DNA of 50,708 nt from Bacteroidales bacterium (GCA_012522535.1 JAAYKF010000028.1:1-50708); one strand, 5' to 3'. Positions 17,851 through 27,968 are shown, numbered from the stretch's first letter. The notes: generated by a model from the letters alone, not told the origin. Program-made: numbers and translations.

Positions 17851-20790
17851 ATGAAAAAAGTTTTTGTTTTTTTATTGGCAAGTTTTTTTGCTTTTTCACA
17901 AACTTCTGTGAACTCTCAAAACCTAACCAAATATGTAAATCCATTTATTGGAACTGATGCCCACGGACACACATATCCCGGTGCTCAGGTGCCATTTGGG
18001 TTTATGCAACTAAGCCCTGATACTCGCCTCGAAGGTTGGGACGGAGCTTCGGGCTATCATTATACCGATAGCGTAATTTTCGGATTTTCGCACACACACC
18101 TTAGCGGAACAGGCGTTTCTGATTATAATGATATTTTGATAATGCCTGCTTTGGGCGTTGACACTCCCGTGGATTATGCCTTTAAATCATCTTTTAAAAA
18201 GGAGAATGAGTCGGCAGCGGCAGGATATTATTCAGTGCTTTTGGATAGATACCAAGTTATGGCCGAAATGACTGCCACCGAAAGATGCGGAATGCACAAA
18301 TATACCTTCCCAAGAAATAAGCCTCAAAATTCCACAATTTTTATCGACTTAGAGCATCGTGATGAGGTTTTAGAATCTTATATTGAAATTATTAATGATA
18401 CTGAAATAGTTGGTTTCCGCCGTTCAAAGGCGTGGGCAGATGATCAGCATGTATATTTTGTTATTCAATTTTCGCAACCAATGTTGAATTTCGAGATTTG
18501 GAATAATAATGAATATTTTGAAGGAATTAGATCTCTAAATTCTAAAAATATTAAAGCTCGCTTCGATTTTCCCTTTGCCAACAAAGGACTTCATTTGCGT
18601 GTTGGAATTTCGGGAGTAGATATTGAGGGTGCTCGCAAAAACCTTCAAGAGGAGATGCCCCACTGGAATTTTGACCAGTATAAAGCTGCTGCTGATGAAA
18701 AATGGCAAAAAGCATTGTCAAAAATCGTTATCGAAGACCCCAATGAGGCTAAAAAAACAGCCTTCTACACCGCATTATACCACTCTATGATTTCGCTAAA
18801 TATCTACAATGATGTTGATGGAAGATATAGAGGTCGCGATAATAAAATTCACAAAACTGATGGCTGGAACTATTACACTGTTTTTTCGTTGTGGGACACA
18901 TATAGAACACTTCACCCACTTTTGAATATTTTAGAGCCAGAAAGAACTCGCGATTTTATCCGCACAATGATTGCCCAATGGGAGCAGGGCGGACTATTGC
19001 CAATGTGGGAGCTTTCTGCCAATGAAACCGATTGTATGATTGGATATCACTCAGTGCCAGTTATTTACGATGCTTGGAAAAAAGGTATCACCGATTTTGA
19101 CATCAACAAAGCCTTTGAAGCTATGAAAACATCGGCAATGCAAAAACGTCTGGGAATTGATATGATGGACGAAATTGGATATGTATTGTCAGATTTTGAA
19201 CACGAATCTGTTTCCAAAACTTTGGAATATGCCTTCGACGACTGGATTATAGCCCAATTGGCAAAAGATTTGGGCAAAACTGAAGATTATAACTACTTTA
19301 TCAGACGTGCCCAAGGCTACAAAAATGTATTTGACAAAGAGACAGGTTTTATGCGTCCACGTTTCAATGGTGGTTGGTTCTCGCCCTTCGACCCAGCTGA
19401 GGTGAACAATCATTACACCGAAGGAAATTCGTGGCACTACACTTTCTATGTTCCACAAGATTTTAATACATATATTAAAATGATGGGTGGCGACAAAGCA
19501 ATGGAAAAGAAAATTGATGAACTTTTCCAGACTGATGTAGAATTATCAGGTCGTCCGCAGGTGGATATCACAGGATTAATTGGTCAGTATGCCCAAGGAA
19601 ATGAGCCAAGTCATCACATGGCATATCTATATAACTATGTAGGCAAGCCCTATAAAACTCAATTTTACGCACGTAAAATTATGGAAGAACTCTATACCGA
19701 CCAGCCAGATGGTTTGAGCGGAAACGAGGACTGTGGGCAAATGTCGGCATGGCTTGTGATGAGTGCTTTAGGCTTCTACCCAGTTACACCCGGAACGCAA
19801 GATTATATAATAGGCTCACCGCTTTTCCAAAAAGCTACAATTGACTTGGGTAATGGAAAAACTTTTGTTATAGAAGGAAAAGACAACTCAAAAGAGAATG
19901 TCTATTTCACAGGAATTAAACTTAATGGACGTGAGCATACTAAATCATATATCACTTTTGAAGAGCTAATAAAGGGTGGAAATATGGTTTATAATATGAC
20001 CAATAAACCCAATAAAAAATGGGCGTCAAAGCGTGAAAATAGACCTGTTACAGAAATTATAGATGAGGATTACACACTAAGCCCAATTATTTCTGCCAAG
20101 TCGCACACATTTAAAGGAAGTCAATTGGTAAAAATAAATTCACCACAAAAGAAGAAGGTAAACACATACTATACCACAGATGGTAGTGAACCCAATGCAC
20201 AATCGGCAAAATACAAAAAGCCCATTAGCATAGATAAAACTACCACCATAAAAGCTATGTGTATTGATGCAAACTCTAATGAAAGCGTTGTTTCCGAGGC
20301 CACATATTTCTTATTACCTCCCAATGTAAAAGTTGAATTGTCGCACGAATTTGTGCCACAATATAATGCAGGTGGAGGCGAAGGATTGGTTGATGGAATT
20401 AGAGGAACTACAAATTGGAGATTGGGCAACTGGCAAGGATACCAGCTTAGCGACTTTGAAGCCATTGTTGATTTCGGAGAAGAGCAAACAATAAATGAAT
20501 TTGGTGCTGGTTTCTTACAAGACACAAGAGCATGGATTTTGATGCCTAAATTTGTTGAGTTTTATTACTCCAACGATGGCGTTGATTGGACAAAAGCTGG
20601 AAAAGTAAACAGCAAAAAAATAGATAGTGATTACGATATTTCAATAGAAGATATAGTGCTAAAAATGCCTAATTCTGTGAAAGCAAGATACGTAAAATAT
20701 AAAGCCACAAACTATGGAACACTGCCCAGTTGGCATGTTAGCTACGGCGAAAGAGCATACATATTTGTGGACGAAGTTTGGGTGAAATAA
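17851..20790 (+). CDS. Glycoside hydrolase family 92 alpha-mannosidase with C-terminal accessory domains
   Basis: Signal peptide present. GH92 motifs are YVNPFIGTD, GNEPSHHMAYLYNY and NEDCGQMSAW. The last ~235 aa contain a YYTTDGSEP (chitobiase C-terminal-like) module and an F5/8 type C/discoidin-like module. Confidence 0.93.
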   Translation: MKKVFVFLLASFFAFSQTSVNSQNLTKYVNPFIGTDAHGHTYPGAQVPFGFMQLSPDTRLEGWDGASGYHYTDSVIFGFSHTHLSGTGVSDYNDILIMPALGVDTPVDYAFKSSFKKENESAAAGYYSVLLDRYQVMAEMTATERCGMHKYTFPRNKPQNSTIFIDLEHRDEVLESYIEIINDTEIVGFRRSKAWADDQHVYFVIQFSQPMLNFEIWNNNEYFEGIRSLNSKNIKARFDFPFANKGLHLRVGISGVDIEGARKNLQEEMPHWNFDQYKAAADEKWQKALSKIVIEDPNEAKKTAFYTALYHSMISLNIYNDVDGRYRGRDNKIHKTDGWNYYTVFSLWDTYRTLHPLLNILEPERTRDFIRTMIAQWEQGGLLPMWELSANETDCMIGYHSVPVIYDAWKKGITDFDINKAFEAMKTSAMQKRLGIDMMDEIGYVLSDFEHESVSKTLEYAFDDWIIAQLAKDLGKTEDYNYFIRRAQGYKNVFDKETGFMRPRFNGGWFSPFDPAEVNNHYTEGNSWHYTFYVPQDFNTYIKMMGGDKAMEKKIDELFQTDVELSGRPQVDITGLIGQYAQGNEPSHHMAYLYNYVGKPYKTQFYARKIMEELYTDQPDGLSGNEDCGQMSAWLVMSALGFYPVTPGTQDYIIGSPLFQKATIDLGNGKTFVIEGKDNSKENVYFTGIKLNGREHTKSYITFEELIKGGNMVYNMTNKPNKKWASKRENRPVTEIIDEDYTLSPIISAKSHTFKGSQLVKINSPQKKKVNTYYTTDGSEPNAQSAKYKKPISIDKTTTIKAMCIDANSNESVVSEATYFLLPPNVKVELSHEFVPQYNAGGGEGLVDGIRGTTNWRLGNWQGYQLSDFEAIVDFGEEQTINEFGAGFLQDTRAWILMPKFVEFYYSNDGVDWTKAGKVNSKKIDSDYDISIEDIVLKMPNSVKARYVKYKATNYGTLPSWHVSYGERAYIFVDEVWVK

Positions 20791-20824
20791 GTTTTCTTAT
20801 AATATAAATCGTGTTTAGTTAGAC

Positions 20825-20865
20825 AAAACAGCCTCTTCCAGAAATGGTGAGGCTGTTTTTAATTT
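20825..20865 (+). terminator. Intrinsic terminator after the GH92 gene
   Basis: AAAACAGCCTC...GAGGCTGTTTTT hairpin with an inner CCA/TGG extension, followed by TTTTTAATTTT. Confidence 0.75.
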
Positions 20866-20896
20866 TAGAATCGCTATTTTTTTGTAATTTTACAAT

Positions 20897-21586
20897 ATGA
20901 ATATTGAAGCTCAAGTTTTATACGAAGATAATCATCTGATAATTGTCAACAAATTGGCGGGTCAGCTAATACAAGGCGACAAAAGTGGAGATACGCCTTT
21001 GTTGGAGCTTATAAAACACTATTTAAAAGTAAAGTACAATAAGCCCGGCGAGGTGTTTTTGGGCTTGGTTCATCGCCTGGATAGACCTGTGAGTGGGGTG
21101 GTGGTTTTTGCCAAAACCTCCAAAGCTTTGAGCAGAATGAATGAGCTTTTTAAGCAGCAAAAAGTATCTAAAATCTATTGGGCAATTGTTTCAAAAATGC
21201 CTAAAGAAAATAGAGGCACTTTGGTTGATTTTCTCAAAAAGAATGAGAGAAATAATAAATCTTATGTTGTAAGTGCCAAAACAAAATCAGCACTCAGAGC
21301 CGAATTGGTTTATAAATTATTGGCTTCCAGCAATAAATATTTTCTTTTGGAGGTTGTGCTAAAAACGGGCAGACATCATCAGATTCGGGTTCAGCTATCA
21401 AACAAGGGTATGACAATTAAAGGTGATTTGAAATATGGTGCAGCACGAAGTAATGACGATGCCTCAATATCGTTGCATGCTCGTAGTTTGAGTTTTGTTC
21501 ACCCTGTATCAAAAGAGAAAATTGAAGTGGTGGCAAAGGTGCCAGATGACACACTTTGGAAATACTTTGAAGAGAGTCAGCAGTAG
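20897..21586 (+). CDS. RluA-family pseudouridine synthase
   Basis: Catalytic motif HRLDRPVSGVVVFAKT and the C-terminal HQIRVQL motif. Confidence 0.92.
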   Translation: MNIEAQVLYEDNHLIIVNKLAGQLIQGDKSGDTPLLELIKHYLKVKYNKPGEVFLGLVHRLDRPVSGVVVFAKTSKALSRMNELFKQQKVSKIYWAIVSKMPKENRGTLVDFLKKNERNNKSYVVSAKTKSALRAELVYKLLASSNKYFLLEVVLKTGRHHQIRVQLSNKGMTIKGDLKYGAARSNDDASISLHARSLSFVHPVSKEKIEVVAKVPDDTLWKYFEESQQ

Positions 21587-22315
21587 CTATTTTTTCACAG
21601 AACTTCTGCTCCAAATATTATATTTTAGAATACACCAAATGGCTCTAAATCCATCTTTCCAATTTATTTTTTTACCCTCGTCGTAGGTGCGACCATAGTA
21701 TGAAATTCCAACTTCATAAATTCTAACTCCCTTAATTCTTGATACTTTAGCCGTTACTTCAGGTTCAAAACCAAAGCGTTTTTCCTTCAAATAAAGAGGT
21801 TTTATCAGTTCAGACTTGAAAAGTTTGTAGCAAGTTTCCATATCTGTTAAGTTCAAATTTGTGAACATATTAGACATAGAAGTGAGGAGTTTATTTCCTA
21901 TGCTATGCCAGAAAAATAAAATTCTGTGAGGTTTTCCACCAATAAATCTTGAGCCATAAACTACATCGGCAAAATTGTTTACAATGGGTTTTAGTAAGAC
22001 ATTATACTCCTGAGGGTCGTATTCTAAGTCGGCATCTTGAATTATGAGCAATTCGCCACTGGCAAGTTCAATACCTTTGTGTAGTGCTGCTCCTTTACCC
22101 ATATTCATCGGCTGGGCAAAATATTTCATCTCAACTTCTGGATGCTCTTCAATATATTTCAAAGCAATCTCTTCTGTTTTGTCCTTCGAAAAGTCGTTAA
22201 CTATTACTATCTCCTTTGAAATATTGTTGATTAATTCAACTTCAAGAACTTTATCAAGAATTGATATTAGTGTTCTTTCTTCGTTGTAGGCTGGTATTAT
22301 TATTGATAATTTCAT
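21587..22315 (-). CDS. Family 2 glycosyltransferase (polyprenol-phosphate sugar transferase-like)
   Basis: [12 protein letters not shown]-terminus and a DAD (DXD-type) motif in [11 protein letters not shown]. Starts 2 nt after the ABC-2 permease stop. Confidence 0.9.
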   Translation of the reverse strand: MKLSIIIPAYNEERTLISILDKVLEVELINNISKEIVIVNDFSKDKTEEIALKYIEEHPEVEMKYFAQPMNMGKGAALHKGIELASGELLIIQDADLEYDPQEYNVLLKPIVNNFADVVYGSRFIGGKPHRILFFWHSIGNKLLTSMSNMFTNLNLTDMETCYKLFKSELIKPLYLKEKRFGFEPEVTAKVSRIKGVRIYEVGISYYGRTYDEGKKINWKDGFRAIWCILKYNIWSRSSVKK

Positions 22316-22317
22316 AC

Positions 22318-23658
22318 TTAATTTTTATAGCGTAGCCATTTTATAATTTCGCGATATGAGGGTTTTTTGCCGTACATTAATATTCCAGTTCTATAAATTT
22401 TCGCTGCAAGCCAAGTGGCAAAAATAAACCCCACAACTAATAGGCTCATAGATAAAATTATTTCGTTTACTGGAACGCCAAAAGGTATTCTAACCATCAT
22501 AATAATGGGCGATGTAAAGGGTATTATTGATAGCCAAAATGCAATTTGTCCGTTGGGATTGTTTGTTACAAATTGAGCCATTATAAGGGCAAAAATTAGG
22601 GGTACGGTTACAGGCAAAACAAATTGTTGGGTGTCGGCTTCGTTGTCCACGGCGGAGCCAATGGCTGCAAACGATGTGGCATAAAACAGATAACCACCAA
22701 TGAAATAGAACAAGAAAATCAGTATAATTGTAGTGAAATTAATTGATTTTATGGAGTCGATAATGGCTTGAACTTCTCCATTTTCAGCTTGAACTGTGCT
22801 TTCCATCATCACATTTTCGGGATAAAATTTATTATCCATGGATACGAGTTCGTTGTTTTCAGTTTTACCTTCAAAATATTCTGGCATACTCATGCTAAAA
22901 CCGGTGTAGATGGCAAAAGTTAGAAAAACCCAGAGTATAAATTGCGTAAGACCCACCAATGCTATACCCACAATTTTTCCCATCATAAGCTGAAAAGGCT
23001 TAATTGACGAAACTACCACCTCTATAATTCTGCTTGTTTTTTCTTCAATAACTCCACGCATCACCTGCGAGCCAAACATAAAAATAAAGAAGTAAATGAT
23101 TACACCTCCAAGCATTCCTAATATGGTGCTAAGCTCGGTAGAACTCTCTTTTTCTTGCCCCAATTGGTCAATTTTTCGCTGTTCGAGCATAATTCGTGTG
23201 TTTTGCTCAAGAGCTTTTATGGAGTCGCGGTTGATATTGAAAAGCTGTTCCATAAAGTAGTTGTCAATGTTGTACTTCATGGCATTTTGAATGTGCGATT
23301 TGACCCCCAATCCCAGCTGTTTTTCCGAGAAAAGATAAGCACGATTGGGCATTGAGTTGTGCGGAATATATAAAATTCCGTCGTAGCCCATTTTGATGTA
23401 AGAGGTCTTTAAATCTTCGATGTAAATATCTGTGTATTCGAAACTTATATCTGGATTGTTCTCTAATTTGTTGATGTAGATTCCATTTTCGTCTAAGACT
23501 ATAATCTTACTACTTTCGTCGTTCATTTTTGCTATAAAAATGGGAACTATCATCAAAGATGCCATTAAGATAGGACCCAAAATGGTCATTATTATGAAGG
23601 ATTTCTTTTTTACTCTGGTGAAATATTCACGTTTTATGATAAGTAAAATTTTTCTCAT
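22318..23658 (-). CDS. ABC-2 type transporter permease (NatB-like)
   Basis: N-terminal TM helix, a large extracytoplasmic loop, then about 5 C-terminal TM helices. Starts 2 nt after the ATPase stop. Confidence 0.85.
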   Translation of the reverse strand: MRKILLIIKREYFTRVKKKSFIIMTILGPILMASLMIVPIFIAKMNDESSKIIVLDENGIYINKLENNPDISFEYTDIYIEDLKTSYIKMGYDGILYIPHNSMPNRAYLFSEKQLGLGVKSHIQNAMKYNIDNYFMEQLFNINRDSIKALEQNTRIMLEQRKIDQLGQEKESSTELSTILGMLGGVIIYFFIFMFGSQVMRGVIEEKTSRIIEVVVSSIKPFQLMMGKIVGIALVGLTQFILWVFLTFAIYTGFSMSMPEYFEGKTENNELVSMDNKFYPENVMMESTVQAENGEVQAIIDSIKSINFTTIILIFLFYFIGGYLFYATSFAAIGSAVDNEADTQQFVLPVTVPLIFALIMAQFVTNNPNGQIAFWLSIIPFTSPIIMMVRIPFGVPVNEIILSMSLLVVGFIFATWLAAKIYRTGILMYGKKPSYREIIKWLRYKN

Positions 23659-23660
23659 AT

Positions 23661-24599
23661 CTATTGGACTTTTATGGAGTCTTTGTCTTGTACATTAGAA
23701 ATAAAAATATCGTTCATGCTGGGCAATATTTCATTAAAAAATGAGATATGTCCGTGGGGTAGGATTTTATGTAAAAACTCATTTGAAGAGCTGTTTTCAA
23801 ATAGTTTTACTCTCAAATTTGTTTTGTTTCCACTCAGTTCGCAATGTTCAACTTTTGCAATACCTTCCATAAGTTTATGGATGTCTTGGTTGAAGTCTTG
23901 AATACAAATGCTGTATCTGTTCTCTTTATACTGTTCTTTAATATCGGAAACTTTTCCTTCTAAAATTTTCTTAGAATTGTCTATCAGGGCTATGTTATCG
24001 CATAGCTCTTCCACAGATGACATATTGTGGGTTGAAAAAATTATGGTAGCACCATTCTCTTTTAATCTAAGTATTTCTTGTTTAAGAATTTCGGTGTTGA
24101 TGGGGTCGAAGCCACTAAAGGGTTCATCAAAAATTAGGAATTCGGGTTCGTGGATTATTGTTACAATAAACTGAACTTTTTGTTGCATCCCTTTGGATAG
24201 TTCTTCCACTTTTTTGTTCCACCAATTTTCTATTTCAAATCTCTCAAACCAATATTTCAATCTTTTCATGGCTACTGCCTTAGGCACGCCTTTTAGCTGC
24301 GAAAGATATATTGCCTGTTCGCCAACCTTCATTTTTTTGTATAGTCCTCTCTCTTCGGGAAGGTAGCCAATCATGCCAATATGTTTGGATTTTAGGCTTT
24401 CGCCTTTAAACCAAATTTTGCCTTCGTCGGGTGCAGTAATCTGATTTATAATTCTAATAAGGGACGTTTTTCCTGCACCATTGGGACCAAGCAAACCGTA
24501 GATAGAATTTTGTGGAACGCTGATGCTAACTTTGTCAAGAGCTCTGTGGTTGGCATATTGCTTTACAATATCTTCGGTTTTGAGGATTATGTTTTCCAT
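23661..24599 (-). CDS. ABC transporter ATP-binding protein (NatA-like)
   Basis: Walker A GPNGAGKTS, signature LSKGMQQK and Walker B LIFDEPFSGFD. Confidence 0.95.
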   Translation of the reverse strand: MENIILKTEDIVKQYANHRALDKVSISVPQNSIYGLLGPNGAGKTSLIRIINQITAPDEGKIWFKGESLKSKHIGMIGYLPEERGLYKKMKVGEQAIYLSQLKGVPKAVAMKRLKYWFERFEIENWWNKKVEELSKGMQQKVQFIVTIIHEPEFLIFDEPFSGFDPINTEILKQEILRLKENGATIIFSTHNMSSVEELCDNIALIDNSKKILEGKVSDIKEQYKENRYSICIQDFNQDIHKLMEGIAKVEHCELSGNKTNLRVKLFENSSSNEFLHKILPHGHISFFNEILPSMNDIFISNVQDKDSIKVQ

Positions 24600-24603
24600 A
24601 CAA

Positions 24604-25284
24604 TTAACTCTTTTTGGGTTGCTGATATCTGCTTCTTGATTGGTTGTTTCGTTGGGTGTTTTTGTTGCGTCTGTTGTTTTTGTGTCTTCTATTGGTGTTT
24701 CTGTTGTTAGAAGTTCGTTGGTTGGTGTTTTGCTGAACTAATTCGCGTGTGCTAACAAATTTAAAATCATCATCCAGTTTTAGTTCATTGTTGGATAGTT
24801 CGCTCAAGTGTTGTGCTATCACTTCATCGTCCACCGAGTCGCGGTTCCAGTTGATATATTGTTTTTTTAAAAGGTTTGCAATATCTGAAATAAAAGCCTC
24901 TTTTTCGGGTCCCTCTTCAAATTGAATAGCTTTTTCCACCAATCTTTCGGCATTAATTCCGTAGGGTCTAAATTTGATTTTATTTTTAGGATAGGATATT
25001 CTGTTTGGCTTTCGAGTGATGATGTCGGGTGATGGTTTTGGATATGGGGCATCAATATCGAGTTGAAATCCAGCAATTATATGCAGATGGTCCCATAGCT
25101 TGTGCCAATATTCTTGTGAGTCTTTTTCTTGTGGGTTGACTTGCGACATAACTTTTACCACTGTGTGCGAAAGTTTAGATCTTTTTTCTCTATCTTCAAT
25201 TGTGAGCAGATAGTTTACCATTTTTTGTATATTTCTTCCATACTCTTTAATGGCTATCTTCTCATTAGATGTGTTATATTCCAT
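24604..25284 (-). CDS. DUF4290-like protein with N/R-rich basic C-terminal tail
   Basis: The N-terminal EYGRNIQKMVNYL...HKLWDHLHII pattern matches my memory of the Bacteroidota DUF4290 family. The last ~45 aa are an N/R/K/Q low-complexity tail. Ends 4 nt before the ABC ATPase start. Confidence 0.7.
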   Translation of the reverse strand: MEYNTSNEKIAIKEYGRNIQKMVNYLLTIEDREKRSKLSHTVVKVMSQVNPQEKDSQEYWHKLWDHLHIIAGFQLDIDAPYPKPSPDIITRKPNRISYPKNKIKFRPYGINAERLVEKAIQFEEGPEKEAFISDIANLLKKQYINWNRDSVDDEVIAQHLSELSNNELKLDDDFKFVSTRELVQQNTNQRTSNNRNTNRRHKNNRRNKNTQRNNQSRSRYQQPKKS

Positions 25285-25350
25285 AAAAAATTGTTGATTT
25301 GTACTTTGTCACTTTGCTAAGATGTATAGTCTTGTTTTTTAATAAGCTGA

Positions 25351-25358
25351 CAAATATA
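25351..25358 (-). promoter_or_regulatory. Candidate -7 box (TATATTTG on minus strand) for the DUF4290-ABC-GT2 operon
   Basis: The plus strand reads CAAATATA. Lies about 67 nt upstream of the ATG at 25284. Confidence 0.4.
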
Positions 25359-25398
25359 AATAATAAGTTTCTACAAAAATACAAAAAAATATTTAGAT

Positions 25399-27729
25399 TC
25401 AATTTATTAATTTTAATCTTGCAAATTTTAGTAGTAGAGTTTTCTCATCGCCGTTGTTAAATTTTACCACAACTTTGCTGTTGTCTCCCTGACCATTAAT
25501 GTCCATTATTTCTCCTTTTCCAAATTTGGAATGCTCCACAGTGGAGCCAGTGGCAAGTTGGTCGTAATTGGCAGTTTCGCCAGTTGATTTACCGCTAAGG
25601 TCGTGAATTTTTACCAATTTGCTATGATCTACACTCTGTTTTTTTGTTTCTGTATTTGTGCTAAAAGAGTATGGAGTTGAGCCAGCGGTTCTATTTTGTG
25701 GCGAGGCAAATGATGGTCTGCTACTGAATTTTGGGGCGGCACTTCTGGTAACAAGATTGTCTAAATATTTTTCATCAATATCCTCTATAAACCTGCTTGG
25801 TTCGCCAAAGGTCATTTGTCCCCACTTATATCTGGTTTCGGCATAGCTCAAATAGGCTGCTTTTTCGGCTCTTGTAAGTGCCACATAAAATAGTCGTCTC
25901 TCTTCTTCCAACTCATTTTTTGAGCTAATGGACATAAATGATGGGAATAAATTTTCCTCGCAGCCCACCACAAAAACAACCGGAAATTCAAGCCCTTTTG
26001 CCGAGTGCACAGTCATAAGAATAGCCTTGTCGATGTTGTCGTCTTCTTTTTCGTCCATATCGGTAAGCAAAACCACCTGACCAAGAAATTCGTCTAATGT
26101 TCTTTTAGATTCCACTATTTCGCCAGTCTCAAAATCGGGCTCTGGCTCGGAGTCGGCAAAATCGCGAACAGCATTCAGAAGCTCTTCCACGTTTTTGTAG
26201 CGTTCTGGCTCTTCGGTGTTTTGTAGCAAATCTGACAAAACTCCTGAGGTGCTTGCTATAAGATATGCCAAGTCGTATGCTTCAAGTGTTTCGACCTGTG
26301 CTCTATAGCTCATAATTTTGTCGGCAAAGTCTTTCACTCTGTTGGCGTAGGTAGCCGATAGTGGCAGCTGATATTTTTGTGGATTGCTAATTACATCCCA
26401 AACGGGTATGCCAATCTGAAAAGCGTGAGCCGTTACCTTTTCCATGGTTGTTTGTCCAATTCCACGTTGGGGGTAGTTAATCACCCTTTTGAGAGCCTCT
26501 TCGTCGTATGGATTGAAAACCAATTTGAAATATGATATAAGGTCTTTAATCTCCTTGCGTTTGTAGAACGACAATCCTCCATAAATTTTGTAGGGGATAC
26601 TAAATTTTCTAAAAGCATCCTCAAAGGCTCTGGATTGGGCGTTGGTACGGTAAAGGATGGCAAAATCGGAATAATTGAGCGACAAGTCTCTTTTGTTCTT
26701 TAATAGTAATTCCGAAACCGATAGAGCTTCATCATTTTCGGTGCTACTTTTTACTACTTTAATCTTAGTACCTTCGTCGTTGTCGGTCCAAATTTCTTTT
26801 GCAATTTGCTTCTTATTAGATTTTATCAAGCTATTGGCAGCTTCGACAATGTTTTTTGTGGAACGATAGTTCTGTTCAAGCTTAAACAGTTGATATTCAG
26901 GGTAGTCGGATCTGAAGTTGAGTATGTTTTGAATGTTTGCCCCACGGAACGAATAGATGCTTTGTGCATCGTCGCCCACAACACAAATATTTTTATTAAA
27001 GTGGGCAAGCTTTTTTATAATAAGATATTGTGCATAGTTTGTATCTTGATACTCATCAACCAAAATATATTTAAAAATTGACTGATATTTTAGTAGAGTT
27101 TCATTAAAATCGCGAAATAATACATTAATATTAAATAGGAGGTCGTCAAAGTCCATTGCATTTGCTTGTCGCAAACGCTGATTATATTTTGTATAAATTT
27201 CGTGAATCAATGGTTTTTGTCCTGCGGCATCGGCTTGTACAATTTCGCCAATGTTTGCGTAGTCGATATCCGAAATGAGATTGTTTTTTGCCATTGATAT
27301 TCTTGAGTGAACAAGGTTAGCTTTGTATGTTTTTGAGTCGAGGTCGAGTTCTTTAACAATGGATTTGATTAAATTTCTACTTTCGTCGGTGTCGTAAATT
27401 GAAAAAGATTTTGTGTATCCCAATAGTTCGGCTTCTTGTCTTAAGATTCGGGCAAATATGGAGTGAAAAGTTCCCATCCACACGCTTTTGGCTTGGTTAT
27501 TTCCGAGAATGCTTGTGATACGTTCTTTCATCTCCTTGGCAGCTTTATTAGTGAAAGTAAGAGCCAAAATATTAAAAGGTTCTACACCATTTTTCACCAT
27601 ATACGCTATTCTATAGGTGAGAACTCTTGTTTTTCCGGAGCCAGCACCAGCAATAACCATTGTGGGTCCGTGGGTATTAACAACAGCTTCGCGCTGTACA
27701 TCATTCAATTCGTTTAAAAACTCGTGCAT
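25399..27729 (-). CDS. UvrD/PcrA/Rep-family ATP-dependent DNA helicase
   Basis: Walker A AGAGSGKTRVLTYRIAY, the DEYQDTN motif, and VHSAKGLEF with YVALTRA. Start set at MHEFLNEL (27729) because a -7 box occupies the upstream extension. Confidence 0.95.
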   Translation of the reverse strand: MHEFLNELNDVQREAVVNTHGPTMVIAGAGSGKTRVLTYRIAYMVKNGVEPFNILALTFTNKAAKEMKERITSILGNNQAKSVWMGTFHSIFARILRQEAELLGYTKSFSIYDTDESRNLIKSIVKELDLDSKTYKANLVHSRISMAKNNLISDIDYANIGEIVQADAAGQKPLIHEIYTKYNQRLRQANAMDFDDLLFNINVLFRDFNETLLKYQSIFKYILVDEYQDTNYAQYLIIKKLAHFNKNICVVGDDAQSIYSFRGANIQNILNFRSDYPEYQLFKLEQNYRSTKNIVEAANSLIKSNKKQIAKEIWTDNDEGTKIKVVKSSTENDEALSVSELLLKNKRDLSLNYSDFAILYRTNAQSRAFEDAFRKFSIPYKIYGGLSFYKRKEIKDLISYFKLVFNPYDEEALKRVINYPQRGIGQTTMEKVTAHAFQIGIPVWDVISNPQKYQLPLSATYANRVKDFADKIMSYRAQVETLEAYDLAYLIASTSGVLSDLLQNTEEPERYKNVEELLNAVRDFADSEPEPDFETGEIVESKRTLDEFLGQVVLLTDMDEKEDDNIDKAILMTVHSAKGLEFPVVFVVGCEENLFPSFMSISSKNELEEERRLFYVALTRAEKAAYLSYAETRYKWGQMTFGEPSRFIEDIDEKYLDNLVTRSAAPKFSSRPSFASPQNRTAGSTPYSFSTNTETKKQSVDHSKLVKIHDLSGKSTGETANYDQLATGSTVEHSKFGKGEIMDINGQGDNSKVVVKFNNGDEKTLLLKFARLKLIN

Positions 27730-27746
27730 AAGAAAAAATTTGTTTG

Positions 27747-27754
27747 CAAATATA
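27747..27754 (-). promoter_or_regulatory. Candidate -7 box (TATATTTG on minus strand) for the helicase gene
   Basis: The plus strand reads CAAATATA, 18 nt upstream of the ATG at 27729. Confidence 0.5.
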
Positions 27755-27960
27755 CACAAGAAATATCTGAATAATCTTCTGATTTTATTTATTACAATAT
27801 AATATAGTGCATCTGCTTATTTATAAGGCTCTTATGATTTTTCTATTTTTTCAACATTTAATAGTTGATAATTTGGCATAAATGTTCATTTTTTTGCATA
27901 AAAATCGAGAAATCAGAAAGAAAAGTGTTGAAAGCTATTGGTTTATAAAAAAAAAAGTTG

Positions 27961-27968
27961 TACATTTG
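27961..27968 (+). promoter_or_regulatory. Candidate -7 box (TACATTTG) for the ribosomal superoperon
   Basis: Exact TAnnTTTG match with an upstream TTG about 20 nt away and an A-tract. Lies about 58 nt upstream of the rpsL ATG. Confidence 0.55.

Noticed and set aside
27730-27759. N-terminal extensions proposed by the ORF track: helicase to 27759, TonB receptor to 49253, OsmC-family to 12822, rpoA from 44294, LacI from 13260, TPR from 188.
   Set aside because: In each case the extension overlaps a TAnnTTTG -7 box or the preceding gene, or it adds residues ahead of a canonical N-terminus or signal peptide. The internal start gives the conserved N-terminal sequence.
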